From the human T2T-CHM13v2.0 reference genome, Homo sapiens: DNA of 64,000 nucleotides. Below the pieces are notes generated by a model that had not been told where the DNA came from, did no database searches, and worked only from the letters and a program-made list of their open reading frames with translations. Positions 46,541-60,187 of the stretch are shown here, piece after piece (within the stretch, counting starts at the first letter, position 1; each line of letters opens with the position of its first letter). Position numbers and translations under genes: made by a program. The stretch lies in the NCBI RefSeq assembly GCF_009914755.1, contig NC_060932.1, one strand, 5' to 3'.

Positions 46541-48433
46541 TGTTACGGGATCTTTGGGGGGTGGATTTTCTGGCCGGAAACCTCTGTGGCTGCGGGTGGC
46601 TTTGCCTGACTTCTTGTTCTGTATGCAGGAAGAAAGAGGTATGAAGACAAGCGAAGGGTGAACAAGATGAAGATGAGCTTTATTGAGTGTTCCAACAGCT
46701 CAGAGGAGACCTGCAGCAGGTAGCTCCTCTCATAGGCAGATCATCCGTGGAGCCTTCAGTTCTCAACAGAGAGGAGGCCCTGGAGAGGGTGGCTTCTCTC
46801 TGCTTGTGGTCATCCCATTGTCTCCAGCTATCAGCAGAGAGGGTACCTCCTCTCTGCAGCTGGTCCTCCTGTCCTGTCTCTGCCTTCTTCATCCTCTGGT
46901 TGTCCTCTGCCCTTCTCTGGCTGAGCCCAGGGCTTTTATGGACCTCAAAGGGGAGGAAGTGCCTGCTGATTGGTCCATGGTTGGCCATGGGTGGGCCCAG
47001 AAGAGCCATAATGAGTCCCCACTCTGGTCTGCAGGACCAGCAGTCTGGCCCCCAGCCTTTGGGACCTCCTTGGCCTGAAGGTGGGGGTTCACTGGGAACC
47101 TGCCCCCTTCTACCCAGGAATCAATCTGCCTCCAGGGGCCAGGCCAGGAATTAATCAGCCTCCTGGTGCCAATCATGGCCCAGGGGCTCTTCCCCAACTC
47201 CCACTCCAAGATTGGAGCGGGTGCTGGTGTGTCCGGAATTGGTTGCTTCCGGTCGGTTCTTGGTCTCACTGACTTCAAGAATGAAGCCGTGGACCCTTGT
47301 GGTGAGTGTTACAGTTCTTAAAGATGGTGTATCCGGAGTTTATTCCTTCAGATGTTCAGATGTGTCTGGACTTTCTTCCTTCTGGTGGGTTCTTGCTGAC
47401 TTCAGAGGTGAAGCCGCAGACCTTTGCAGTGAGTGTTACAGCTCTTAAAGGTGGCACATCCAGAGTTGTTCATTCCTCCCGGTGGGTTCATCGTCTCACT
47501 GGCTTCAGGACTGAAGCTGCAGACCTTTGCGGTGAGTGTTACAGCTCTTAAAGGTGGCGCGTCTGGAGTTGTTAGTTCCTCCGGATAGGTTTGTGGTCTT
47601 GCTAGCTTCAGGAGTGAAGCTGCAGACGTTTGTGGTGAGTGTTACAGCTCATAAAGGTAGTGCAGACCGAAAGAGTGAGCAGCAGCAAGAGTTTTTGAGA
47701 AGAGCAAAAGAACAAAGCTTCCACAGCATGGAAGAGGACCCTAGGGGGTTGCTGTTGCTGGCTTGTGTGGTCTGCTTTTATTCTCTTATTTGGCCCCACG
47801 CACATCTTGCTGATTGGTCCATCTTACAGAGAGCTGATCAGTCCATTTTACAGAGTGCTGATTGGTCCGTTTTACAGAGTGCTGATTGGTGTATTTACAA
47901 ACCTTTAGCTAGACACAGAGCACTGATTGGTGCATTTACAATCCTTAGCTAGACAGAAAAGTTCTCCAAGTCCCCACCTGACCCAGAAGCCCAGCCGGCT
48001 TCACCTCTCACCAGGAGTGGAGAGAGGCCAGGCAGCCAGACCAGACACCCTTGAGCCTGCAGAAAAAGTGCGTGTGGGGGGTCCTTCCTGGGGCTTCCAA
48101 GGGTATAAGCTGCAGAGACACCTGGTCCTGTGCCTAGGAGGGTGGCTGAAGCCACACCCAGGAAGGCAGATCTTGCTTGCTGCGGGCCCTACCCAAAGAG
48201 CACAAGAAGGCTCGGATACACAGCTGCAGTTTGGATGGCTATAGTCCTGCCCAGGAGGGCCAGGCTCCTGTCTGCTCTGTAAAGCAGGAGACTTGGGTTT
48301 GCAGCTGTGGTTTGGGTGCAACCCAGGAGCTCTGGTCCCAACTCAGAAGGGGCGGGGCTCCCACTGGCTTCATGGAGTGTGCAGCACCAACTGAGCCTCC
48401 CTTCTGCAGCCAGTGTCATGTCTTCTGCCATCA
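46541..48433 (-). mobile_element. MER52 LTR (5' LTR), split by LTR12
   Basis: Minus strand TGATGGCAG...GGCTGCAGAAGGGAGG...AGATCCCGTAACA; GC-rich MER52 repeat units. Confidence 0.85.
47228..48010 (-). mobile_element. Solo LTR12 (ERV9)
   Basis: tgtgtccggaattgg...ggcttcacctctca; four U5-type repeat units (gtgagtgttacag) and gctgattgg CCAAT repeats; TSD ctgg/ccag. Confidence 0.94.
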
Positions 48434-49300
48434 ATGTCTTCTATTTCAGAGATTCTTTCCTCAGCTGTCTGCTAATGAGACCATCAAAAGCATTCTTTCT
48501 TTTACAGTGTTTATTTCTAACATTTTTTAAATTCTTTCTCAGAATTTTATCACTTCTTATATTTTCCATCTGTTCTTGCATGTTGCCTACTCTTTTTAAT
48601 AAGGCCATTAGCATAGTAATCATAGTTTAAAAAGATTCCTGGTCTGGTAATTCCAACATTCCTGTCATATCTCACTCTGAATCCGTTGCTTGTTCAGTTT
48701 TTTTTTTTTTTTTAACCTGCAGTTTTGTTGTTGTTGTTTTTGCCTGCTAGTAGCTTTGTAATTTTTTGTTGAAAGGTAGATATTGAGATACTGGGTAAAA
48801 GAAACTGCAGTAAATAGGCCTTTGATAATAGCGGTAAGGTGTAGGGAGAAAGAAAGTGTTTTATAGCCCTGTGATTAAGTCTCAGTTTTTGGTGAGCTTG
48901 TGGGCCTGGACTGGGAATGTTACATGTGCTTCTGAGTATTTTTCCCCCTCCCCTTAGGTGGGACAGAATGGCTAGAGTGGGTTGAAGTTGAGCATTTGCC
49001 TTCCTCCTGGTGGATTTGGCTCGTCTGACAAAACCCTATTCTGTTAGGCTTTTGTAAAATAGTTTATTTTGAGGACACACCTTGTTAAGAAAACCGTATT
49101 GCTCTGGGTTATTTCAAACCATTTTTTTGTTTTGTTTTGTTTTTTACCACTCACCCGGTTGGAAGCTTGAAAGGATTTTTCTCCTATACTCATCATGAGG
49201 GCCTGATAAGGTTCTGGGGGTAAAATTCACAAAAATGTGAATTGCCCCCACCCTTGCTCAAGCATGAGTGGGTCCTCTGGAGTTTCTAATACCTAAAGAA
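48434..49300 (-). mobile_element. Old L1M (L1MD-type) ORF1/5' region
   Basis: Peptide MLMALLKRVGNMQEQMENI...KNAFDGLISR resembles the L1M ORF1 coiled coil. Confidence 0.7.
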
Positions 49301-49369
49301 AGAGTAAACACTGAATAAAAATGTATTTTCTCTTTTAGAGACAAGACAATCAAAATCTGAATTTTACTT

Positions 49370-50037
49370 TGTAAATCAAAGAGAACGACTAAGGCAACTC
49401 TCAATCATTTTAGGAGGTTTATCCGCCAAAGTTAAGGACGTGCACCAGGGAGGCAGGTCTATGCCTTTCTCCAAAGATGATTTTGAAGGCCTCAGTATTC
49501 AAAGGAGAAGGGCAGATATTTGGGGAAGAGAAATATTTTTTAAAAGATTCAGTAGATAAAAGGACAGAATGGTTGCATCCTTTTGAGTCTTTGATCAGCC
49601 TTTCACTTAATATACAGTTTTCCTGTGAGAGGGTGGTAGAGGAAATAGTTACTCATAACTTAGTGTGGCTTAGTGAATCTGCATTTTTTGTAAGACAACA
49701 TAGACAATAGGGCAGAGGAAGCAATCAGATACGCATTTATCTCAGGTGAGTGGAGGAATGACTTTGAGTTCTATCTTTTGTCCTGCACCTGTGAAGATAA
49801 GCTATCAATTTACATTGACAAGGTGAAATTCAGCAGAACTGTTTGAGGGTAGAGATCTTGGAGCCCACAAGGAATTTTCTTGTGGGCAAATTGTGAGGGA
49901 AGTATGTAGCTTTTTATTTTTGTAGCCATCTTATTTAGGAACAAAATGGGAGACAGTTTTGTGTGATCCAGTTCCCAGCTCGAATTTTCCTTTGGTTTAA
50001 GTGAGTTTGGGGTCCCAAGATTTATTTTCCTTTCACA
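49370..50037 (-). mobile_element. MER4-family ERV1 solo LTR
   Basis: tgtaaatc...gccaaagttaaggac...ggggtcccaagatttattttcctttcaca; perfect TSD actt. Confidence 0.87.
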
Positions 50038-50675
50038 ACTTATTTACTGTTTTTTTTCTCTGCATTTTCTCATTTTCTTTTAAATGTTATGTTTGCTTTA
50101 TGTTAACTGTATTTATTGAGTCTTATTGTGTTTTTTAAAATCTAACTATAAAGCTCATTTAAAAACAACTTTTCCACAGATAAATAATACATTAAACAAA
50201 TAAGAACGCAGATATTTTGATTGAAGAGATGAAATTTGTAAACTTTTCTATTCTGTTATTTCCCCATTTTTTGCAGTGTCTTTATAAACACTCCTTCAGA
50301 ACCTTCTTTGAAAACCACTACCAGTGGCAAATCCATCAATCCTTTTCTTTGTGATTTTGTCCCATGTTTTAATGTTTAGGAAATTTTACTTAACAGTGAA
50401 CTAATTGGTACTACTGTTAAGCTTTTCCTTATACCACTGAATGTTTGATACTTTGAATCTCTGAAATAAACTGAGAATGGACAGATTACCAGTAGAAAAG
50501 GCATACAAATTTATTATGTGCATACACATGGAGTCTCACAAACTATAAGGCTCAATATTATATTATAATATTACCTATTACAATATGTATTTTTGAGTTA
50601 TTGTCTAATACAAATTAATAATGTGGAATACAGTCATCTAAATTTTTTTCTCCTATTCAACTAAGGACTAGTGTT

Positions 50676-50676
<1 letters not shown>

Positions 50677-50722
<46 letters not shown>
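50677..50722. repeat. Compound (TA)n(CA)n(TA)n microsatellite
   Basis: Read directly from the sequence. Confidence 0.95.
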
Positions 50723-50759
50723 GTGTGTGTGCGTGCATGTGTATAAATCCTAAAATCAA

Positions 50760-51340
50760 TATCACTAGTACTTTAAACAATCATTTTTAACTTAGATTTA
50801 CTCCTATTTTTAAACTTGCATTTCTTTTCATTTTTTTTCTGCCTGAAATATATTAATATTTTCATTATTGTGGTCTGCTGATGGCAAATTCTTTCAGATT
50901 TTATTTGTTCAGAAAATGCCTTTATTTTCTTTTCATTCTTGAATGTTTTTGCTGAATATAGAATTCTAGTTTGGCAGTCATTTTTATTTACAACTATATG
51001 GCTTTGTTTCAACTACAAACTCAGTTATCAGTCTTTCTGTTATTCCATTGAAAATAATAAGACTCTTTAACCTAGCTCATTTTTAACCCAGTTGTTTTGA
51101 AAAATTCTTAACCATTTACTTACTAAATATCCCTCTAATAAGCTATCTTTCCCTACTCCTTCTGGAATTTCACTTAGTAATATGTTAGCACTTCTAATTA
51201 TGTCCTATGTGTCTTATTTTTTTCTGTTCTTATGATTTTGTCTCATCATGCTTCAGTTTATGTTTTCTTTTGCTCTTATTTCTTGCTCACCAATTCCCCT
51301 TTTAGCTAGGACTTATCTGGTGTGTTAATCTCATTCATGG
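50760..51340 (-). mobile_element. Old L1M/HAL1 ORF1 fragment
   Basis: CQTRILYSAKTFKNEKKIKAFSE resembles the ORF1 C-terminal motif CQPRILYPAK..FKNEGEIKTF. Confidence 0.7.
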
Positions 51341-51345
51341 AGTTC

Positions 51346-51787
51346 TTTTTTTCAATTTTTATTTTAGATTTAGGGGTAAATGTGCAAGTTTGTTACATGG
51401 GTATATTGTATAGTGCTGAAGTTTCAGGTATGAATGATCTGTCACCCAGTTTTACTAAGCATAGTAATCAATAGGTTTTCAACCCTTCCCCTCTTCTCTC
51501 CCTCCCACCTGTAGTAGTCCACAGTGTCCATTGTTGCCATCTTTAAGTTCCTATGTATGTAGTGTTTAGCTTCCTCTTATAATTGAGAACATGCAGCATT
51601 TCATTTTCTATTCCTGCCTTAATTCACTTAGAATTTATGACCTCCAGCTGCATCCATGTTGTTGCAAAGGACATGGTTTCATTCTTTTTTATGGCTGTGT
51701 GGCATTTCATTGTTTACACATACCACCTTTTCTTTATCCAATCCACCACTGAAGGGCACCTAGGTTGATTCCATGTCTTGGCTGTTG
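51346..51787 (-). mobile_element. L1PB/old L1PA 3' end
   Basis: ttttattttagatttaggggtaaatgtgcaagtttgttacatggg...ccagctgcatccatgttgttgcaaaggacatg. Confidence 0.85.
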
Positions 51788-51975
51788 TTGTTCACAGAAT
51801 TATTAATTTCAGTTATACGTTTATCATTTCTCAAGGCTTTCAATGGATTCTTTTTTACAGATTACAGTTCTTTGCCAAAAATCTTCATGTTATCTTTAAT
51901 GTCCTTGGACATTTCAATTATAATTATTAATTTGTGATGCAGTTTTATCACATTTTAAATATATACTTTATTCTG

Positions 51976-52334
51976 TGTATTAGTTTGTTTTCATACTGCT
52001 ATAAAGAACTATCTGAGACTGGGCAACTTATAAAGAAAATAGGTTTAATTGTCTCATACTTCCACATGGCTGGGGAGGCCTCAGGAAACTTATACTCATG
52101 GCAGAAGGCAAAGGGGAAGGAAGGCACATATTACATGGCGGTGGGTAAGGGGCCAGGGAGTGGACTGCCAAACATTTTTATACCATCAGATCTTGTGAGA
52201 ACTCACTCACTATTATGAGAAGAGCATGGGGAAACCATGCTCATGATTCAATTGCCTCCCACCAGGTACCTCAACAAATGGGGATTGCAATTTGAGATGA
52301 GATTTGGGTGGAGATGAAAAGCCAAATCATATCA
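51976..52334 (-). mobile_element. MST (MSTA-like) MaLR solo LTR
   Basis: tgtattagtttgttttcatactgctataaagaa...gaggcctcaggaaactta...gccaaatcatatca; perfect TSD ttctg. Confidence 0.9.
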
Positions 52335-52851
52335 TTCTGTTTCACTGAAATTTGTTTAGTCTTATGCTGATTTCATATTGATTTAAAAATAGCTTTAGTT
52401 TTATGTTATCTTTGGATAACTGATGAGACAATTTATTACTATTCCGAAAATGTATTATATATTTAAAATAGAAACTTCCTCACTCAAGAACATGGTGTAT
52501 ATTTTGCATTTATTTTAGTCTTTTTTACTCAATACAGTTCCATAGAGTTTCTATACTTTTTTTGAGGTAATTCCTAGTTTTTATATCGTTTTGTGAATAT
52601 TTTGTGAATAGGATTATTTTCTTATTATATTTTCTAACTAAGCATTGTTAGGATATGTAAAAGCTATTTCACTAGCTCTCTCTATATTTGTAACCAACTG
52701 CCTCAATGAACACATATTAATTCTAAACATTTCAATTGTTTTTCTTTTATTTATTTTTAAGTAAACAATGCAATCTGGGAATAATTATCATTTTATCTCT
52801 CACATAGATATATTTTATTTTCATTTATTATCTTAATGCATTAAATAGAAC

Positions 52852-53141
52852 TTTTTTTTTTTGAGACAGGGTCTCATTCTGTTGCCCAGGCTGGAGTGCA
52901 GTGGCATGATCTCGGCTCACTGCAACCTCTGCCTCCTGGGTTCAAGCAGTTCTCTGCCTCAGCCTCCCAAGTAGCTGGGATTACAGGTGCCCGCCACCAT
53001 GCCTGGCTAATTTTTGAATTTTTAGTAGAGACGGGGTTTCACCATCTTGGCCAGGCTGATCTTGAACTCCTGACCTCGTGATCCACCCACCTCGGCCTCC
53101 CAAAGTGCTGGGATTACAGGCTTGAGCCACCGTGCCTGGCC
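52852..53141 (-). mobile_element. AluS (Sg-like) within an old L1 ORF2 fragment
   Basis: Full dimer; TSD taaatagaac. Confidence 0.92.
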
Positions 53142-53526
53142 TAAATAGAACATTTTTAAACATAGTATTAAATAATTATGACAATAGTGAGCAGTTTTTT
53201 AATGTATTTTGTTTTAATAGTATGCTTCTAGTGATTTACCATATTGTGTGATGTAGGCTCTTGGTTTAAGGGAAGAAAAATGTAAGAGTAGAAGCATACT
53301 TGTCAAAAAGTCTTGAGTTGAAAATCTAAAATCTAACTTGCAACTTTGTAGATATAACATCATGAATAATTTATCTAACCTGAGTCTCTTCATTTTTAAA
53401 AAGGTGAAGCATTTAGCTAGTTCTTAGGATGCTTATGAAACTTAAGGAGATAGTGCATATGAAGTACTTAAATGTACAAAATTATGCACATAATAGGTAA
53501 GATACACAGACACACACACACACATC

Positions 53527-53960
53527 TTCACCATTTTTCACTCTGCTTTATGCCTCAACCATGTGACTTTTACAAACTGCATCAGCTGTACTTTCTGACC
53601 ATCTAGTTTCTGGTTGGATTTAATACAATGGAAGACACCAGAACATATTACAGGTGAAAAGAGGGTGAGGTCTGAGTTATTATTCCCTGGTTCCTTTCTT
53701 GCCTGTTAGACGAGGTTGGCTGTTATCCTATTGCCAAATGCCATAGTAGTCCCTCTTCTGCAACTGTAGCCCTCTCAGGACATCAAGGACCCATATTTCC
53801 CGTTGTACTTTCAGGCTTACAGACAACTTCTTGCTGTCCCCTCATCCCCTCGTTGACTTCCCTCACCACTTCCTATTTACTTTTGTAAATAATTTCTTCA
53901 TTAAAAATCCACTTAAGTGTCCCTTCTGAGGGTGTAATCATCTTGTTTGATGAATCTATG
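53527..53960 (+). mobile_element. LTR33-like ERVL LTR
   Basis: tttctggttggattt...caatggaagacaccag...gaggtctgagttattattccctgg...cttttgtaaataatttcttcattaaa. Confidence 0.65.
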
Positions 53961-54099
53961 TAAGCATATATAACATTTCCAAACAACCCTAGAGTGCTAA
54001 ACCAGATCCATACTGTTTGGCTCCTACCTACTCTAGAATTGTATTCTGACCACTGGCCTTGACAAGTCATCTGTAGTTTTCTGATTGGGCTGCTATTTC

Positions 54100-54425
54100 A
54101 TGTGCCTGTGCTAATGCTCTTTCCTCTGCTTTGAATGTCTCTTCTATCCACTTTTCAATTTCTTCTCTGAAGTCTTTTCTGATACACTAGGTAAAAATTT
54201 ACAGTTATCTTTTAAACATCTATCTATACATGGAATTTTATATAGAATTTTCTCATAGTAATGCAGTAATAATTTATTTTATTTGCATGATCAAAAGTTG
54301 TACTTTTGTTATTAAACTGGAATCTCTGTAAAGGATGTGGCCTTGTCTTTTCATCATTGTTTTTGCCATGGCTTACATATAATTCATGGCACAGTAGGTA
54401 CTGAAGAAATGTTTACATAATAAAT
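54100..54425 (+). mobile_element. L2 3' fragment
   Basis: tgctctttcctctgctttgaatg...aaggatgtggccttgtc...tggcacagtaggtactgaagaaatgttt. Confidence 0.55.
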
Positions 54426-55019
54426 GACTCTAGCTATTATTATTAGGAGTTAGCTCATACAATTTATGTTAGAATTGAAATATTGTGAGAAAGGTTGTAA
54501 GCTTCATCATGCAGAAGTTGTGTTTAGTGTGAAAGTAGGGCTTATGTATTTTCAATGCCCTGACATGTTTTTGTAGCAAGTTGACACATTGCTTTTGTAC
54601 TACCAGGTGGAATTCCACAGAGCTTAAACCAGACAGGGATTAACAACAGTTTGAGCTGTCTGAGAGCACTATTGACTCTTTTTCCAGTAGCATTGAAACA
54701 GGAAAAGGAGGGGATAAAAGAAAATTTAATTATTGCACTATTTTAAAAGCAGTAATTTGCTGATTTCGGAGAGTGACTTGATACTATGGAATTTTGATTT
54801 TCTCCAGTGCTCACATAGAAAAGAGTAAGGCATTAATAAATATTTATTGACTATTGTACAAATAAAAATTTAATCTTCTAATAAAAATTTAATCTTCTAG
54901 GAGGATTTTTTTTACAATGGAAAATATACCCCAAACGGTTACTAAGAGGATGGGGAATGTTTTGTCCTGTAATTATAATGATAAATGTTCAAAAATGTAA
55001 TTACAGTTTTATTTTATAA

Positions 55020-55800
55020 TTATGACAAATGTACATATGAAGAAATATTCAGCTTCATAAGTAGTCAAGGAAATACAAATTAAAACTATCAGGAAATATG
55101 ATTATATGCCCAACAAGTTGAAAAAAAATTCAGAAGTGGGAAAATAAAAATTTTTGTTAAGGATATGATGCTATAGCTGTTACATGCTAATTTTGGGAGT
55201 ATAAATCCATACAATTACTTTGAGAAACAACATTACCTAATGTAGATAAACATTCCCATAGTTATAATTCACCCTTATGCCTGTAGTACCACAGAGCAAC
55301 TATGTATGTAGTTGCATATGTGTGCTATACAATACTTGTGCATATATGTACCAAGAGACACAAGATTATTCACAATAGCATTGTTTATGATAAATTGCTA
55401 TTCACAATAGAATGGTTGTAAATTGTAGCCTATCCACACAATAGAATGCTATATTATGGTGAATGGACTAAGACAATAATACATGCCTATCATCATATTT
55501 GAACCTCAGAATGTTACATGTTAAATTTAAAGGTGAGAAGCAAATTATGGTTAATAATGTGCAACATGATTCCATTTGTATCAAATTTGAAAATAAGTAA
55601 TACCAAATATAATATTATTTAGGAATATAAATACACATGATGAATTATAAAGAAAATCAAATTTCTTGGAAATGTTCTATTCTTAAGCTGGATAATGTAT
55701 GTTTATGTTCGGTTTCTTTTTAGTTTATTATTTCAAATTTACATGTGCATTATGTTTCATCCATATCTTTTACATATCATATAGGATTTTTAAAAATTAT
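55020..55800 (+). mobile_element. L1ME-type 3' end
   Basis: atatgaagaaatattcagcttcataagtagtcaaggaaatacaaattaaaac...ttcacaatagcattgttt...atgattccatttgtat. Confidence 0.7.
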
Positions 55801-55992
55801 GTAAATAACCTTAAAATAAGTCTATTCCCATTTACAAATGCAAACACTAAAAATCCATTAAAGGCAGGGCTAATGTGTTTGGAAAAAATCTATTGGGAAA
55901 CTCCTTTAGGCACAGATAAAATGAAAATATTCTCTGTGTTCAACAAAATTACCTTAGTGTATACAGCAGATTTTCTTGTTTACATTTTAAAA

Positions 55993-58942
55993 AATATTTT
56001 ATTTTTAATTGACAAATAATAGTTGTATTTTGTATGGCTTACAGTGTGATGTTTTGAAGCATGTATACGTTGTGGAATGATTGAATTAGGTAAATTAATA
56101 TATCTGTCATCTCACATAGTTATCATTTCTTTGTGGTAGAACATTTAAAACCACTCTTTTTAGCAATTTAAAATGTACAATACATTATTATTAACTGTGC
56201 AATAGACAACCAGAACCTTCCTGTCTAATGAAATTTTGTACCCTTTGATCAACATCTCTTCCTGTCTACCACTGTCCCCATCCCCACCTTCAGCTTCCAG
56301 TGACCACCATTCTACTGTCTACTTATATGTTTGACTTTTTTAGATTTTGCATATAGGTGAGATCATTGAGTATTTAACTTTTTGTGCCTGGTTTATTTCA
56401 CTTAGCACAATGCACTCTACATTCACCTATGTTGTTATAAATGACAGAATTTTCTTCTTTTTTTAAGGCATAATAGTGTTCCATTTCGTGTATATACCAC
56501 TTAAAAAATTCATTTATCCATTGATGAGCACTTCAGTTGTTTCTATATCTTGACTATTGTGAATAATGCTGCAATGAATGTGGGAGTGCAGTTATCTCTT
56601 TGACGTGCTGATTTCCATTCCGTTGGAGATATACTCAAAAGTGGGATTGCTGGGTCAAATAATAATTCTATTTTTAGTTTTTTGGAGAACCCTCATCTGT
56701 TTTCCAAAATGTCTGTCATAATTTATATTACCACCAGCAACGTACAAGGAGTTCTCTTTTCTCCCCATTCTTACCAACACTTGGTTATCTTTTTTCTTTT
56801 TGATAATAACCATTTTAACAGGTGTGAGGTGATATTTCATTTTGGTTTTAATTTATATTTTTCTGATGGTTAGTAATGCTGAATATTTTTTTCATACCTG
56901 TTGACCACGCATATTTTTTTTGAAAAATGTCTATCCCAGTCCTTTGCCTATGTTTTTTAAATAGGGATACTTGTTTTCTCATTGAGTAATTTGAGTTTCT
57001 TATATATTTGAATATTAGCACCTTACCTGATTTATGATTTGCAAATATTTTCTCTCAGTCTGTGGGTTGTGCATTGACCTTTTTTTTTTTTTTTTTTTTT
57101 TTGCTGTGGATAAGCTTTTTAGTTTGATGCAAGCTCATTTGTCTATTTTTGCTTTTGTCGTCTAGACTTTTTGGGTAACATTAAGGAAATCACTATCCAG
57201 ACCAATGTCACGGAGCTTTCCCCTATATTTTCTTCTTGTGGTTTTATAGTCTTAGTTCTTACATTTAAGTCTTTAATCCATTTTGAGTTGATTTTCATAT
57301 AAGGGATGAGATAAGGGTTCAACTTTATTATTCTGCATGTGGATATCCAGTTTTCTAAACACCATTTATTAAAGAGACCTTCCTTTCTCCAAGATTGCTT
57401 TGGCTGTTGGAGATCTTTTGTAATTCCACATAAATATTAGAATAGTTTTTTTCTATTTCTGTGAAGAATGGCTTTGTAATTTTGATAGGGATTGAATTTA
57501 ATCCCTAGATTGTTTTGGGTAGTATGGATACTCTCACAATATTAATTCTTCCCATTCATGAACATAGAATATCTTTCCATTTATTTGTGTTTTCTTTCAC
57601 CAGTGTCCTGTAGTTTTCAGTATATAGATCTTTCATGTCCTTAGTTAAATTTACTTCTAAATATTTCATTTTATTTTCTGATGCTTTTATAAATGCTATT
57701 GCTTTCTTAAGTTCTTTTATAAATAGTTTTTAGAAAGTAGAAATGATACTGATTGCTTTATGTTGGTTTTGTGACCTACTAATTTACTAAGTTTGCTTAT
57801 GAGTTTTAACAACTTTTTTTTGGAATCCTTAGGATTATCAATAAGATCATTCGATCGGCAAACAGAAACAATTTTACTTTTTCCTTTCCTATTTCAATGT
57901 CTTTTATTTCTTTCTCTTGCAAAATTGCTCTGTCTAGAATTTCCATTACTATGCTGAACAGAAGTGGTGAGAGTGGATATTCTTGTTTTATTCCTGATCT
58001 TAGGGGAAAAGTCTTCAATTTTTCACCCTTGAGAATAATATTAGCTGTTGCCTTGTCACCTATGGCCTTTATAGTGTTGGGGAACATTTCTTTAAAAATT
58101 CCAACAAATTCTTTGGGTTTCCTGGATCTGGATTTCTATTTCCTTTCTCAGGCTAGTGAAGTTTTCTGCCATTATTTCTTTCAATATAATTTTTGTGTCA
58201 TCCAATCTTTCTTCTCATTCTGATACACTAATTATTCATATGTCATCCACTTGATGGTGTCCCATAAGTCTCTTTCCTGTTTTCACTCTTTATTCTTTTT
58301 CTCTTCTTTGCTCCTCAGATTGGAAGATTTCCAGTGATCTATCTTTGAGTTGACTGATTATTTCTTCTGCAACTGACAAACATTTAACTAGGTTAGCTAA
58401 GAAGCAATGAGAGAAGACTCAAGTAAAATCAGAAATCAAAGAGGAGACATTACAACTGCTAACACAGAAGTAAAGAGAATTAATTTAATTATGAGACTAG
58501 TATAAAAATTATACAACAAAAAATTGGATAACCTAGAACAAAATTCATCAGATAAATTCCTGGAAAAATAAAACCTTTGAAGACTGAATCATGAATAAAT
58601 CAGAAAACTGAACAGACCAATAATGAGTAAGTAGATTGAAACAGGAATAAAAGGTCTGCTATCAAAGAAAAACTTAGGACCAGGTGGCTTCATGGCTGAA
58701 TTTTACCAAACATTTGAAGAACTAATACCAATCATTCTCACACTCTTTCAAAAACTAAAGAGAAGTGAATACTTCCAAACCATTTTAAGAGATGAGTATT
58801 ATCATGATACCAAATCCAGACAAAAACACAACAATAAAAGGAAGCTACAGGCAAATATCCCTGATGAACATAGGTGCAAAAATACTCAACAATATACTAG
58901 TAAACTAAACTCAACAGTACATTAAAGAGATAATTTACTATG
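55993..58942 (-). mobile_element. L1MA (MA5-7-like) with an internal deletion and a rearranged, partly inverted 5' portion
   Basis: 3' end ttttaattgacaaataatagttgta; ORF2 on minus to about 58090 ([13 protein letters not shown]); ORF1-like piece on minus about 58105-58370; ORF2 on plus about 58372-58942 (MAEFYQTFEELIPI). Confidence 0.8.
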
Positions 58943-59370
58943 TCCTCTTTATATTAAAGTAATCTGTATGGCTTATGAATTACATTTTAATGTCTACTTT
59001 CAAAAGATTGGAATGTACTGTATCACTCTCCTTATTTTCTTGCCATTTGACCTATGCTTATCACTTATGTGCTTTTTCTTATATTTTAGTAAATAATTTA
59101 TAGGAAAAAAATCCACTTTTTACTAAAATCAACTTCAAACCATTAATCTCGTTTACAGAAAGCCAATTTCTATGTTGACTTTTATGTGTCAGTGTGGGTG
59201 AGCTTTCCATTGAGAAAACAACAACAATATTATTCAGAATAAGGAACACTCTTTAATCTTACCCTCTAAAAACAAAGATAAATGAGATAGCAGATAATTT
59301 AGACAGTCTGAAAAAATTTTTGTCTCTAATTTAAAGTTAAGATTGACCACAGCTTTTATGTGAAATTTGA

Positions 59371-59813
<443 letters not shown>

Positions 59814-60187
59814 TAATCTATGCCACAGTCTAGGCATATTTTAAAGTTGACTGTATATAGCTGAACATTCCAAGTAATGAGTTATACAATGTAACTTTTC
59901 ATGGTAGTAATGTTAAGATTATGTCGTAATGTTAAGATTATGACTTGTAATGTTAAGACTAGTAATGTTAAGATTATGACTTAAAAAATTTACATTTTGA
60001 GTCAATCAGGGAGTTATTCACAAAATCAAAATTTTCAAAAAGTTTATATTTTCCCTTTGTAGTCTCCATTTTTCTTATTAGTCACTGAAGAACAAGAGTA
60101 TTTGTCTTCTTGTGTAGTTTTATTATGGGCAATATATTTTCCTTTTTTAAAATTAAAAGAATAAAGACTATAATAAATAACACTGAG

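Noticed and set aside
47270-47660. Regularly spaced repeats resembling a CRISPR-like array
   Set aside because: These are the known LTR12 U5 tandem units; the intervening sequences are homologous rather than unique spacers, and the DNA is eukaryotic.
46680-48630. Dense overlapping ORFs of 100-155 aa on both strands
   Set aside because: Expected by chance in GC-rich MER52/LTR12 sequence; no recognisable protein motif.
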